Shown here piece after piece: positions 37,802-49,719 of a DNA stretch of 64,000 nucleotides (its first letter is position 1; every line of letters starts with the position of its first letter). The stretch is from Gekko japonicus (Eukaryota): contig NW_015163610.1 of assembly GCF_001447785.1 (NCBI RefSeq), positions 261,288 through 325,287 on the forward strand. The letters run 5' to 3'. Below the pieces are notes generated by a model. That model was not told the DNA's origin. It saw only the letters and a program-made list of their open reading frames with translations, and searched no databases. A program made the position numbers and the translations under genes.

Positions 37802-40337
37802 CAGGGGTCATTTCAAGCTGGAGCGCGCAGGAGCGGTGCTCTGGCAGTTAGAAGCACTATCCTTAACGCCATCTTAAAGCTGCTGCCCCGATCCACCCTC
37901 ACCAAAAGCCCTGTTCAACTCATCATCAAGCCGCATTGTGCACTCAAAGTCCTGCTCAACTCGTCCTGGTTGTAGGGCCCTGAGCGCCCTCTCGGGTGGC
38001 AGGGAGGGAAAGCAGTGGTGCCCACCTCTCTTTGTACACCTGAGTCAGCAGTGCGGAGGCACAGAAAGTGGCTGACTAGCAGCCAGAACGCAGTGAGGAA
38101 AGTGTCCGAGAGTGCCTGCTCGCTTGCCCGGTCCCGGCTGGCAAAGGAGGTGGCAGAAAGGACTGGTGGTTTTAAAGGAGCCGTGCACACTTGGCTGCAG
38201 GCAGGCACCACCGAGTGGCCCAGGAGCAGAAAGAGGGGCATCACAGGGGCAGGAGGGGTGGGGGTGGGGCTGCCAAGCAGCAGGGAGGGAAAGTGGTGGC
38301 GCCTGCCCGCCTCTCTTCGCATGCCCAAGTCGGCAGTGCGGAGGCGCAGAAAGTGGCTGACTGGCAGCCGGAGCACAGTGAGAGAAGAGTCCGAGAGTGC
38401 CTGCTCACTCACCTGGTCCCAGCTGGTGATGGAGGTGGCAGAAAGGACTGGCGGCTTTAAAGGAGCTGTGCGCACTTGGCTGCAGGCAGGTACTGCTGAG
38501 TGGCCCAGGAGTGGCTCCTGAGGAGCGGAAAGAGGGGCATCATGTCTGCCTCCCTGCCCTCCCTTTCCCTTCTACCTTCTGGATCTTGGGCTGCTGCTGC
38601 CCACCAGCCAGCCCGGAGCAAATGAGGTGCGCTGCGTGCCGAGGAGAGGCCTCCCGGCTTGCTTGCTGTGCTTAGGCCTGGACCGCAGGTGGCACTTGGT
38701 GCAGTGGAGGGAAAGCAGCGGGGCACACCGGTGCAAGGCCAAGTGGGGGGGCCTCCGGCAATGGCGTGACCCACCTGGGTTCCCTCCTCTCCAGCACCAC
38801 CCAGGAACTGAGCGGGGGAAGGGGAGAGGATTCCTCCCCTCCCCCGCCTTCCGACAGGAGCACGTGCCCTGGCGCATCAGTGCAGATGGCTGTGCCGGGA
38901 GCCCCTGCGGCGCCCACGTGGGGCTCCGGAGGTGACAGTCGCCAGGCCTGGCAAAAGAGCAGGAAGGAAGGCAGGCCGGCTGCCCAAGGATGAAAGGCAA
39001 AGGAGGCGCGGGGAGCATCAGGGAGGGTGCTGCCTGGGGTCCGAGAGGAGGAGGAGGAGGGATGGGTGGGTGGCGGGAAGAGAGCTTTGCTTGGCTGTGG
39101 AGTCTTGTGAGCAAAACTTCTACTTTGTGAAGTGGTCTGACAATAATGCTGCTATCTACTTACTGTATCCTGTGACCTGTCACATTTTTTTAAAAAACAA
39201 AATTCTTTGTTCCCACCTTGCAACAATATGTGTTATGCTGGGGTGGTGGTGGAATTCCTCATTCCCACCTCATAAAAATATGTGCTGAAGGTTTACCTCA
39301 GTATACAACAGCTGTTATAATCTCCAAATTCTGCTTCAGTGGAATAGTACTTCATTCCATTTCCATGCATCACGCTGTCCCCTCATTATCTGTAGGACAG
39401 AAAAATGGCAGACCAGGTAGGGGCTTTTGCATGCTAAGACATTCCCCACTCTCAGGTATATGCAAAAAATACTTTTAAAAAGTTAAACCAACTCCAAACC
39501 TGAACATGTTGATAGCCTTTCAGAAGACATGAAGTGTTAAAAGTAATTAAGTATGGAGGGGGTTGTTTTTAAGGGTGGGGAGAGAAGGAAAGAGAATCTG
39601 GCCTGCTGGAGCCCTAAACTGGAAGACAAGATTAGAATCAGGATTCTCTCCCCATCTGCCATTTCAAGATGCTATAAGCCTGTCAGGGTTCCAACCACTT
39701 TGAAATGAAAAGAGTTCTGAGCATGAGGATTAACTCAGATGAAAGTAAAATCTTCCTGATTCTAACTAATTACATCCTTCCCAAAATTCTTTACGTTGCC
39801 AAGGGGCAGAGCCCCTAATAGTTTACATAAAGAACTAGAAGTCTTGTGGCACTTTAAAAGATAACAACATTTGATTCCAGCAAGAATAGCATTTAGCTTT
39901 TATTACCAACAGTTAACCTGTTTTGCAAACCTCCCTGTCCAGTGCTATGCTCTTGTTTATACGTTTACATACATATGAACAGTTGAGCTAAAAATATTAT
40001 TAAATATTATTGTTAAACATTAAAGATATATTCAGCCTTGGATGAAAAAAAAGCCATGAGGTGGGGCTTGGAACAGGTTGATAAAAAATATTGTTAGAGT
40101 TTTAAGATCTCAGATCTACAAAGCTGCATGGCTAAATTCTAACAAGAGCAGGAAGCCCTTCTGATTTCTGTATGAATAATTTGAGCACATGTTCAGCAGG
40201 ATGCAAACCAGAAGAGCCTGGGTTGCTGACGCCACACACTTCTGGTGATGTCAGGGGGTGTGACATATGCAAATAAGTTATGCTAATGAGTTATGCTAAT
40301 GAGCTCCTGCACCTCTTTTTCTACGAAATGACCCCTG
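37802..40337. mobile_element. 2.5-kb hAT-type non-autonomous element, family C, long copy with non-transposase cargo, inserted in BovB
   Basis: TIRs CAGGGGTCATTTC / GAAATGACCCCTG and TSD ctcgcagc (37794-37801) / cttgcagc (40338-40345). BovB resumes colinearly on the far side. Confidence 0.85.
37997..38542. repeat. Diverged GC-rich tandem duplication, period ~285 bp
   Basis: gcagggagggaaag...gcggaggc(a/g)cagaaagtggctgac...aaagaggggcatca occurs twice. Confidence 0.85.
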
Positions 40338-40345
40338 CTTGCAGC

Positions 40346-40454
40346 CATACATTACTACTGGGAATACCAGTGCTTTGACCATACAGACTTTTGTTGAGTG
40401 ATGTCTCTACTTTTTATGATGCTGTCTAGGTTCGCCATAGCTTTCCTCCCAAGG
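40346..40454 (-). mobile_element. RTE-BovB LINE continuation (right half of the split element)
   Basis: catacattactactggg...gctttgacc...gctgtctaggtt...ctcccaagg, which is the BovB sequence immediately 5' of the CESWT motif. Confidence 0.85.
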
Positions 40455-41450
40455 TATGGATTCTGCAAATCTCAGTTTGCTAAGCAATAGTGTTAAGGAA
40501 ACATAGCAGATTCAGGTATAAGAAAGTAGGAAGATCTGGATAGATTTCCATAACTATTCTGATTGTTCAAAAACTTCTCGTGCTTTGACTAGTACTGTCC
40601 ACTGTTGTACTGTATGCTCCCTTTCACTTTAGAGACAGTGGCCTGCAATCTCTCTCCAGGGCTGATTCCACATGGAGGATTTCCCCCTTTTCAGCCACCT
40701 GATTCATGTGTGTTCCCCCCCCCCCCCTTTTCATGACATCATCTCTCCAGTCATTTTCAAACCATGAACAGTCTGTCTTTTCCTCTGAGAATTCCACTTT
40801 GCTTTACACCAGAAAAAAATACTGTTTTCCTGACATGACATTTTCCATACAATTTGTTTCTTGTGTCTACAAGGGAAGCTACACTTTGCATTTGGGTGAA
40901 AGGAAATGCCCCCTCCCCTCCTTCCCTCTGCATTTTGAACTGCTTGGTGTCCCTGTTGGCACTTTAGTGAAGCTGAATTAAATATTTTTTTGTGTGTTTA
41001 AGCAACATCGTACTGACAGTACAATGACAACTACAATGCAATTTCTCTGGGTAGTGGGGGTGGGTGCCCAGCAACTGGTAAAACCTCAGTCCTTCCTTGG
41101 GACTCATGTTGCTGCTAGTGGCTTGGATGAGGCAGCGGCAGCAGTGAAGGAGGCAGTAACAGCTGCTGCTGAGGGGCTGGTGGTGGTGAAAACCAAGGTG
41201 GGCAGCCCAAGCAGACAAGTCCCACCCCTGTCCCCCAGGGTTGCATGAGTAATAATATCTGGTTCTTAACCTCCCGCCCTGGTCTCTGTCTTTTCCAGTA
41301 TTTTAAAAGAGGTGTTCATGTTTGAAATGACTGGATATAGAACTCTCTGGTTGCTTAACACTGCAGATGGAGCTACACTGCTGCTGCAGAACAAGTGGCA
41401 TCCCTAAACTGCATTCTCTGTCTGCAACATATACAGTGCAATCATAAACA

Positions 41451-41787
41451 ATGGTTAAGACGCTGAACTGCAGGCTGTGGAAGGTCAGTGATTCAGCAGT
41501 TCAAGACCCAGCTGGGTGCCGCATGATGGAGTGAGCTCCCATCTCTAGTTTCAGCTCCTGCAAGTTCCAGCTTGAAAGCAAGAAATTGCAAGTAGATAGA
41601 TAGGTACCACTTCAGTGGGAAGGTAACAGCGTTCCGTGCGCCTTGGCGTTTAGTCATGCAGGCCACATGACCACGGAAACGTCTTCGGACAGCACTGGCT
41701 CTTCGGCTTTGAAACGGAGATGAGCACCGCAACCCTAGAGTCGGATTTGACTGGCTTTCGAGCAAGGGAACCTTTACCTTTACCTTT
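41451..41787 (+). mobile_element. Sauria SINE
   Basis: Near-full body and (ACCTTT)n tail. Confidence 0.9.
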
Positions 41788-44012
41788 TAACATCCTACAT
41801 CCACTTAAGTCAATGGTTAAAATGCACTGGTAGTCATGTAGTGGTACCATGACTGTATATTTTCCTGTTGTGTAGCATGTTAATAAAATATGAACTTTCC
41901 CCCTCAGATATCAGTCACTCCTGGTATCTGTACTTAATTTGTTCTTTGTCTGAAGTGATCACTCTTGTGTCTTATCGTATCCCAGGAAGAGTTTGGAAAT
42001 GTCCCTATATCTCTGTAATCAAGCCCAGGCCTATGATTCCAGACCAGGGTGTTCATGTGTGTATGTGTGGTGTGGGGGAAGGGATGCTCTTAGTTGCTCT
42101 CATCTGAAGACAGAAGCAAACAATCAAGACAGAGTGATCTCTTTGATGCTGTGAAACTTAAAGGGGAATTCCACTCGACACCCAGTCCTTGGTGTGAAAG
42201 CATGTGCTTGAGTGGAAGAGATGCTGTAACATTGACACCTTTGATCATAAATGTGTCTGTCTGCTCTGACGAAGTAAAATCAATGGCAAGACTAGGGAAA
42301 CAGTACAGCCTCAAAGTTTTTTGTTGTTTTTTGCAAAAAAAACCCCAAAGAAACACAAACAACCCACACAAACAAACCCTGGTTCCCTGCAAGTCAAGAG
42401 GATGACCTGAAAGGTGGCTCTGCTACTTTTTCCTCCTCTGGTGCTCTTCTCAATGGCACTGGGTACTGTGGGGGCTTTTCTCTTGTTTTAATGAGAACGT
42501 TTGAATGTCATATTGATTTCTAGCCTTAAAAAAGCTTGTATTGATTTTTTTTCCAGGGGACTTTTCACAAGCTTATTTAAAAATGGTGGGATAAAGCTGT
42601 TTCAAAATTGTTGACTTTGTTCTATTGCGTTAGCAGTCGATATAAACTTTTTTGGGGTAGTTTAAGTGGTTAAGGGGAACTTTCATCTCTTTTTTAACAC
42701 ATTTAAAATTGTGATTCAGGCCTTGGACAAAAGGGAACTGTGTGCTGACATAAGCTAGTCATTGATGAAACTATCCAGAAAAACAGCCCTGTAAATCCTG
42801 GCTGGCTAGCTTTTCAAATATAAGATACTTAACACTTTGAGCCACCTGTCTCCATTTTTGTACTAGATCCTTTAAAATATAGGTCAAGACAACATTGAAA
42901 ACAAGGAAGCACACATTTTGCGTCTTAACATGCCTGTTCAAATCTAGAACATTAGAACCCAAGAACCCAATCAAGAAAATCATCAGTAGTTGTGCTTATA
43001 TGTTCTGAGACTTGACATTTTGTTCCTAAGGGAAGCAATTGATTTTCAGACAAACCTGAAAAGGCAAGGACATTTTGGAAGGTGGGGAAAAGGTGTGTGT
43101 GTCAAATAATACTAGAAATTTATCCAGATGGGAAGAGCTGTGGGACCTCTCCTAAAAAGAGAAACAAAATAACAAGCAGCTGCTTCTCCCCCCCACACCC
43201 ATAGGACTTTAAATCATCACAACAGAAAGGAGAAAATAAAGCCACATAAGCTTTTAAAATACCACAGAGGGACCAATCCTAAAGTAGGTTATTCAGTGGG
43301 GCTTACTCCCAGAGTTAAAATCCTTTGCAGCATGTATTTAAAAGTTAGATTTTTTAAAACTACTTTAAGTTAACATACTTCCGCATGATGTAAGACTTGC
43401 TAAAGTCCAGTTCTGGAACAGGGCCAGTTGAAGGTGCTTGGGAGCAATCCTAAGCAGGCTTACTTGGAAAATGTCCCATTTTATTCAAAGTGACTAATTC
43501 CCAGGAAAGAGTTCTTAGGATTTCACTTTTGTTGCCCCAGACAAAGTACACTCAGAACAATAGGCCAGGATCTCTGCTGACAGCCAGGGGCTAAAGACCA
43601 GACCCCCTGGAGTTTGTTCTTGGCTCATCCATCCTGGGGCTTTCTTGCTGAATGTGTGTCAACAGTGTTAGGTGGGGTCCTTGTTTCTGCTGGTTCTAAA
43701 GAAGGTTCTGACTGTTGATTACATTTAGCCAAAGATGCTCCTGATTCTGGAACTTTGTTCCTGGACAGGAAGTGCCTAGTGCATTGCTTATATTTATAAT
43801 TTATTCAGCACCAAAGGCATGTATAGCTCACAGCTAACACATTGTCTAGTAGTTGGCTTACAGCCTTTTAGCCTTGGCTGGTGGGGAGATTCCATGGTCT
43901 TAGCTGATGTGTATGCCTGCTTAAAATAGTGGCAATTGTTGCTTGTTTGTTGCAATGATTATATACCTCCCCAATTCTAACTTGAAATCTTACCACGTAA
44001 AGTTCTTGCTCA

Positions 44013-44453
44013 TTTTTAAAAAACACTTCTATTCCACCTTTTCACCCAATTCAGGGTCCTCAATGTGGAGACATTTCAAACATTCAGCCATTTCAGATAT
44101 TAAAATCTTTCAAACACTAGAACTTTTCAGACATCTAAAAGCATTTAAAAACCAAGATATATAACATTTAAAACAAATAAAGCATACTATAAACACATAA
44201 ATGCATAAAAACAAACAAAGTGGGAGGAGGGCTAATAAAAGTTAGTGAGGGAATGCCAAACAAAACAAAGTCTCCCCCAGCTGGTGGGAGACAATGGTAG
44301 AGGGAAACAGATGACTCTCCCTGGGGAAGGAGTTCCAAAGTTTTGTTGCTACAACCATGATGACCTTTTCTCGGATTGATATCCATCTAGCCTCAGATAA
44401 CAGGGGCACCTGGAGCAAGGCCTCTGAAGATGTCCAGAGTGGTCAGGTAGTTC
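44013..44453 (-). mobile_element. L2 LINE 3' fragment
   Basis: ggggaaggagttccaaag (reverse LWNS-like) and ggcacctggagcaaggcc, with an A-rich 3'UTR on the plus strand. Confidence 0.6.
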
Positions 44454-45107
44454 TTATATCTGCCTTTGTTGTGATACCTATTTACCTGAAGAGCTCCATT
44501 TCACTTAATTTTCCTTGCACTTTCCTTATAGCAAGAATTTAACTGACAACATTCCATTGATTTTTCAGAGCCTATTGTACAGGGCTGTTCTACCTAATGA
44601 GATACTGAAATCCAAGGGGAAACAAAGCATTTTGAAGGGATGAGAATGTCAGGAGGCAGGGATGAGAATGCCAAGTTCCTCAGGGAAATTTAAACATAGG
44701 CCTACTTCTTGACCATTTGGTTGAATTCTTAGGACTTTGTTCTCAGCAATTACAGAAATTTAAGTTGAGGCTTCCTTCAGTCATCCAGTCTCATTTATGG
44801 CTAGAGTACAAAGAACCGGCATTTCCAGCAGCGTTTAAGCAACATGAATGGTATATGAGGGGGTGCCTCATAATGGACTCTGCCATAGCTGATAAAAACA
44901 CCAAGCAGAAGCACTTGATGTTTATATTTTGATGTAGTCACAAAGCGTAACTGGACCAAAAACTCATGTTCTATTAGCATTATTCCCATTATAACAACTC
45001 TAATTGGGAAAAATGGACCCTTTGTATATTTCAAAACAACTGCCTAGTATCCTTCTGAATGAGAAATAATTCCTCATAGAGTGTTAGGGGGCAAGCTGTT
45101 GTTCCCA

Positions 45108-45893
45108 TTTTAAAACATGTTTAAAGCCCCATTTTGGTTTTAGAAACAATTAGTGAGCATTATAGCTATGCAATTTTCATGGCAGACTGGAGGCATTCAT
45201 ATTTTATGATCTCTGACTGGCGTTTTCTCATCTCAGTGAAAACTCCACCATTGGCTAACTTGTACTCTTACAGGCCTTCCTCTGCTTTGTACTAATCGTG
45301 GTCTTCAATGGTCTTCAAAGGCTGACACTGGCCTTTCTTCAAACCAGCACTGGTTTCTTTGCTCTACTAAAATGCACCAGCAAGTATAACCTCATCTCAG
45401 TGAAAACTCCACCACTGGTTAACTTGTACTCTTACAGGCCTTCCTGTTTTAAAACATGTTTAAAGCCCCATTTTGGTTTTAGAAACAATTAGTGAGCATT
45501 ATAGCTATGCAATTTTCATGGCAGACTGGAGGCATTCATATTTTATGATCTCTGACTGGCGTTTTCTCATCTCAGTGAAAACTCCACCACTGGTTACCTT
45601 GTACTCTTACAGGCCTTCCTCTGCTTTGTACTAATCACGGTCTTCAATGGTCTTCAAAGGCTGACACTGGCCTTTCTTCAAACCAGCACTGGTTTCTTTG
45701 CACTACTAAAATGCACCAGCAAGTATAACCTAATCTCAGTGAAAACTCTACCACTGGTTAACTTGTACTCTTACAGGCCTTCCTCTGCTTTGTACTAATC
45801 ACGGTGTTCAATGGTCTTCAGAGGCTGACACTGGCCTTTCTTCAAACCAGCACTGGTTTCTTTGCTCTACTAAAATGCACCAGCAAGTATAAC
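45108..45893. repeat. Compound near-identical tandem duplication (A-C-B-C-A-C-B-C-B)
   Basis: Periods of 339 bp (45108 vs 45447) and about 164 bp. Confidence 0.95.
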
Positions 45894-46330
45894 AAAAGCA
45901 TATATAAAATGTGTTTAGTATGAGGGGTTTTTTACAGTACAATCCTAAGCATAGTTACACCTTTCATAATGCATTTAAGTCAATAGGTTTAAAAGGGTGT
46001 AGTTCTGTTTAGGATTGTGCTGCCCATTATACAAATGGTTAATTTAAAAAAAATCTCAGAATGTGTTGGAATTCCAGAAGGAAGGAGTTCAAGAACTATG
46101 GTGGCATTGCTAAGTATAGTTCTATGTTTGTAGTCTCCTCTGTTTGTTTTTGATGTAGTGGCAGCAAAGCTATTAGGATGCAACTCTCAGATGGATTGTA
46201 GAGATTGCAACTGGATAAGAAACATTTTTAAGGTATACAGAACCTATTCTGCCAAGGTTTAGAGATGAAGATGAGCACATTGATACAGTGGCATACTAAG
46301 GGTGGGGTGGTAGAGGTAATCTGTCCTGGG

Positions 46331-46721
46331 TAGGGTTGCCAAGTCCATCTTCCACCCCCAGCGGGGGACTTTGGGGGCGTTCCTGGAAGGGGTGGGGCAT
46401 CCCCAACGTGATGACGTCACGTTGGGGACATCTGCTGCCCCCCCCCGGCCGTGCACTGGATCTCCAGAAACGGCAGTTCCCTGCACTTAAAATAGCTGGC
46501 AGCCGGCGTTTCCCCTTTAAGAGAAGCTGTGTTTCCCTTTTAAGAATGAAGCTGGCTTTTCCCTGCAAGCTTGCGGAGTTCGCGCTTGGGATGAAACACG
46601 GGTTGCAAACCCTTAAAGGGAGAGAGATGGGTGGCTGTGGGTGTTGGGGGTGGGACCCCAAACGGGGGACCCCTGGCAAACCGGGGGACCCCTGGCAAAC
46701 CGGGGGGGGTTGGCAACCCTA
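46331..46721. mobile_element. Young hAT-type MITE (related to family B)
   Basis: 12-bp TIR TAGGGTTGCCAA / TTGGCAACCCTA, perfect 8-bp TSD GTCCTGGG, CpGs retained. Confidence 0.9.
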
Positions 46722-47797
46722 GTCCTGGGTGCCGGTGATAAGGGGTGCAAGCATGTTTGAATCCATGACCCACTGAGGGGTGTAGCTGGTGCCCAACTAC
46801 TGAGGAGGTGGCAGCAGCCAGCCCAGTCCCAGGACTCACTTGCTTCCGGGCTCCTCATGGCTGATCTTGCATTTCAGGGGCTCCTGTTCACAGCCTGAAA
46901 GTGAGCCCAAGAGAGAGGAGCTGAGGTGGGGGCAATCCTCCCCTGGAAGGAATGCAGCCCCCCCCCTTCACTCCCATCTGCAGTTTGCCTTCAGCAACTG
47001 GAAGGCCTGTTGACCACACACACACCCAAATCCCCTAGAACCAAAACAGGTTCGGCCTTGCCATACTCCTTGGCATCCCTAGCTAGCTTCCTTAGCAAAT
47101 ACTTTTGTAGAATAGTGTGGGGAGGAAAGGAGGAGAAAGAGGGAAGGGCCTGAGTTTGAAACGGAGGAGACAGAGTGAAAAGGAAACAGGGGAAAGGCTA
47201 GACCAGACGTAGTCAAAGCAGCACTTGGGGTTCCTGCCAAAGATTGCTGGCAGGATGGGGTGCACTGTGCAAGGAGCACCAAAGTGCTGGGCATTTAGGC
47301 CACTTAAGCAAAAAGATTCCTCCACTGCTGGATGGAAAGGAGCCTGGGGAAGCAGGAGCAATGGACGGCTTTGCGGAGGAGCAGGCAATGAAGACTGCTT
47401 TGATTCTGGCCCTCTGCCTACACAAGATGGGGGGGGGAGTAATGTTTTTGCTTTTCCACCAGCCGCATTGTTTGGCATCTCCTGCCATTTTCTTGGCTCA
47501 CCTTGGTGGCAGCATTCCCAAACTTCTTTCACTGGGCTGCTGCTGGGTTTATGTCGCACTGGCTATTCTGTTAGACTGAAGTTCAAAAGGGGCATTCCAG
47601 CAAGCACTGAGTGACCCCCCTTCCTGTCCCTGGGGAAAGTGCACAGCCTAGCAGTGTTATGGAATGCAGCCTGATTGTCAGTGCCAGTGGTTGATCTCAG
47701 CTCATTTCCTCTCAACTGGTATCCAAGTTGCCTTGTAATTTTTAAAAAGGAAGAGTTGCCCTTATAATGAGATGTAAAAATGAACAATCCTGTGCAG

Positions 47798-48172
47798 TAG
47801 GGGTGTGCATTTGGCCTATGCTGAGCCCAAAAAAATTCTGAAAAATATTTTCTGGATATTTTTTCAGCTGGACATAGAGCCCAGTATTTATTTGGCTATC
47901 CAAAAATGGCCAGCCCAAAAAAATCACAAAAATATTTGGTTTAAACCGAGCTGTGAAGAGGAGCCAGCTCAGAAACAGATGAGGTGGTACAGAGCTCTCA
48001 AGTCCAATGGCCCCGGCAAATCTTTTTGCTTTTTGCTTTTTCTTGACTATTTCCCAAATCCAAATACCATACTGATATTGGGATTCAGAAATATTGGGAA
48101 ATGCCAATATTTTCCAGGTTCAATATACCTGAACCCGAAAAATACTGGGGGGGGGGGGGTTGTGCACCCCTA
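47798..48172. mobile_element. hAT-type MITE, family D
   Basis: taggggtg / caccccta termini and a perfect 8-bp TSD CTGTGCAG. Confidence 0.9.
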
Positions 48173-48256
48173 CTGTGCAGCCATATTACAGTGCTGGTAA
48201 AGAGGGGCTGCATAAATATTTATACTCAGAGGTTTACTTGGAAGTAACTCCAATTG

Positions 48257-48882
48257 TATTTATTTATTTATTAATTTAACTTATTATACCGCCCTAACCA
48301 CTAGGGGTCTCTGGGCAGTTCACAGGGGGTGTTCTAAGAACGTATTCATCCTAACTAAGGCCACATAGTAGGGGTGGGGGTTTCCTACCAGCACCCTTGG
48401 TGGTACCCGCTGTCGGCTTCCTCCTTTCTCCCGGCGGTTCTCATGTTTCACTGGGACCGGCTTGCTTCATTGGTGGGACCATCTCTGGCGCACGCCTCTG
48501 TGCCTGCTTCAGCCTCAGCTCTCATCCTTGTCGGCTCCGCCGCGCCCGCAATGCATGTCACTGTGCGACTTCCTGGTCTCCACCGCCGTTGTCTGCCGCC
48601 AGGGATCGCTCCACTCCATCCAGGCTCCACCGCCGATGTTGCCGCCGCCGATGTTCTTGCCGCTGCTACCACGCACCTCGCTAGGGAGGAGGGTGCTCCC
48701 CATCCCTCTAAGGGTGGGTACCCATTTGCCTACTCACTTTGATCTTACTTGCTTTCGGGCCGCTGGGTGGGCGGGAGCTGGGACTCGGGGCCAGGCGCTC
48801 ACCCTGGCCGCGGTGGATTCTCGAACAGCCATAGTGGCTGTCTCTAGTTACCGGCAGGCGTTTTAACCGCCTGCACCACCGT
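48257..48882 (-). mobile_element. Chimeric retroposon: tRNA/Sauria-like head, GC-rich middle, L2-like (TAAA)n tail
   Basis: The minus strand reads cggtggtgcaggcggttaa...gtgagcgcc...cagctcccgcccacccagcggcccgaaagc...gggtacc, then gtgaactgcccagag...gggcggtataa...taaataaataaa. TSD ccaatt(g/t)tatt. Confidence 0.65.
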
Positions 48883-49719
48883 TCCCAATTTTATTCAATG
48901 GGGCATTCTCCCAGGAAAGAGTTCTTATATTGCAGCCTCAGTGAGACTGACCCAGCTCCAGAGTTAAGCATACCACCTTCCTAATTGATTTTAAAACTTG
49001 AGTGACTCTTTCTCTGTAGTCAATGGGAGTGTAGAGTTCTTTTGGTTTGCCTTGATTATGTCTGAGGTTGCCAGATGGTCAAGAAAAAAGAATGTCCTGT
49101 CTGTTTAACAGAGGTTTAACTAATGGCAATGGATAGTGGTAGTTTTCCCATGGTATTAAGTTAAATAACATCTCCTAGTATTTGCTGCAGACCGAACTGA
49201 TATTAAACTGACAGCTAGAGGATCAGTTTAAAAGTTGATAATGCTAATTATGTCCATGTTTAAGATTGAGTAGGAATGCTAGTATCCATCAAAATCATGG
49301 ATATCTAACATATTTTAAAGTGTGCTTAGATTTCTGCACATGTTTACAATTCATACTGGGATTGAGTCATATAGAAAAGAAATGCAATTCTGAAAACTTA
49401 ACCTGTAATGCCACTATTTTGTTTCCCATGTAAAGCTTTCTAGTACAACAGAAGGAACTCATCAGGCTGAGGACTTGTACTCTTTCTCCCATAGCAAACC
49501 TTGTTTTCCAGTTGTCCTATAGATATGTGTATTTAATTCCAATAAAAACTCTTATCCATTAGTAGGGTGCTTGCTATCAGCATAAAAGTTGGCAGTAAGA
49601 GGACAAACTCCTGATAAAAGTGAAGAGGAGTAAGCTTAGCTTATTAGATATTGCCATGCTCAGAGGCAGCATGCAGGTGAGGCGGAGGAGGGGAAAAAAC
49701 AGTATCATTCCATCCTCCT

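Noticed and set aside
37915-39114. ORFs of 168-186 aa, some with an internal repeat
   Set aside because: The repeat only reflects the ~285-bp DNA duplication. The sequence is GC-rich and open on both strands, with no protein family recognised.
45108-45893. Repeat-spacer appearance suggesting a CRISPR-like array
   Set aside because: The 'spacers' are themselves repeated, the units are too long and the DNA is vertebrate. It is a tandem duplication.
46286-47600. Possible further cargo-type hAT element starting cagtggcatac and hosting the 46331 MITE
   Set aside because: No convincing right TIR or TSD found.
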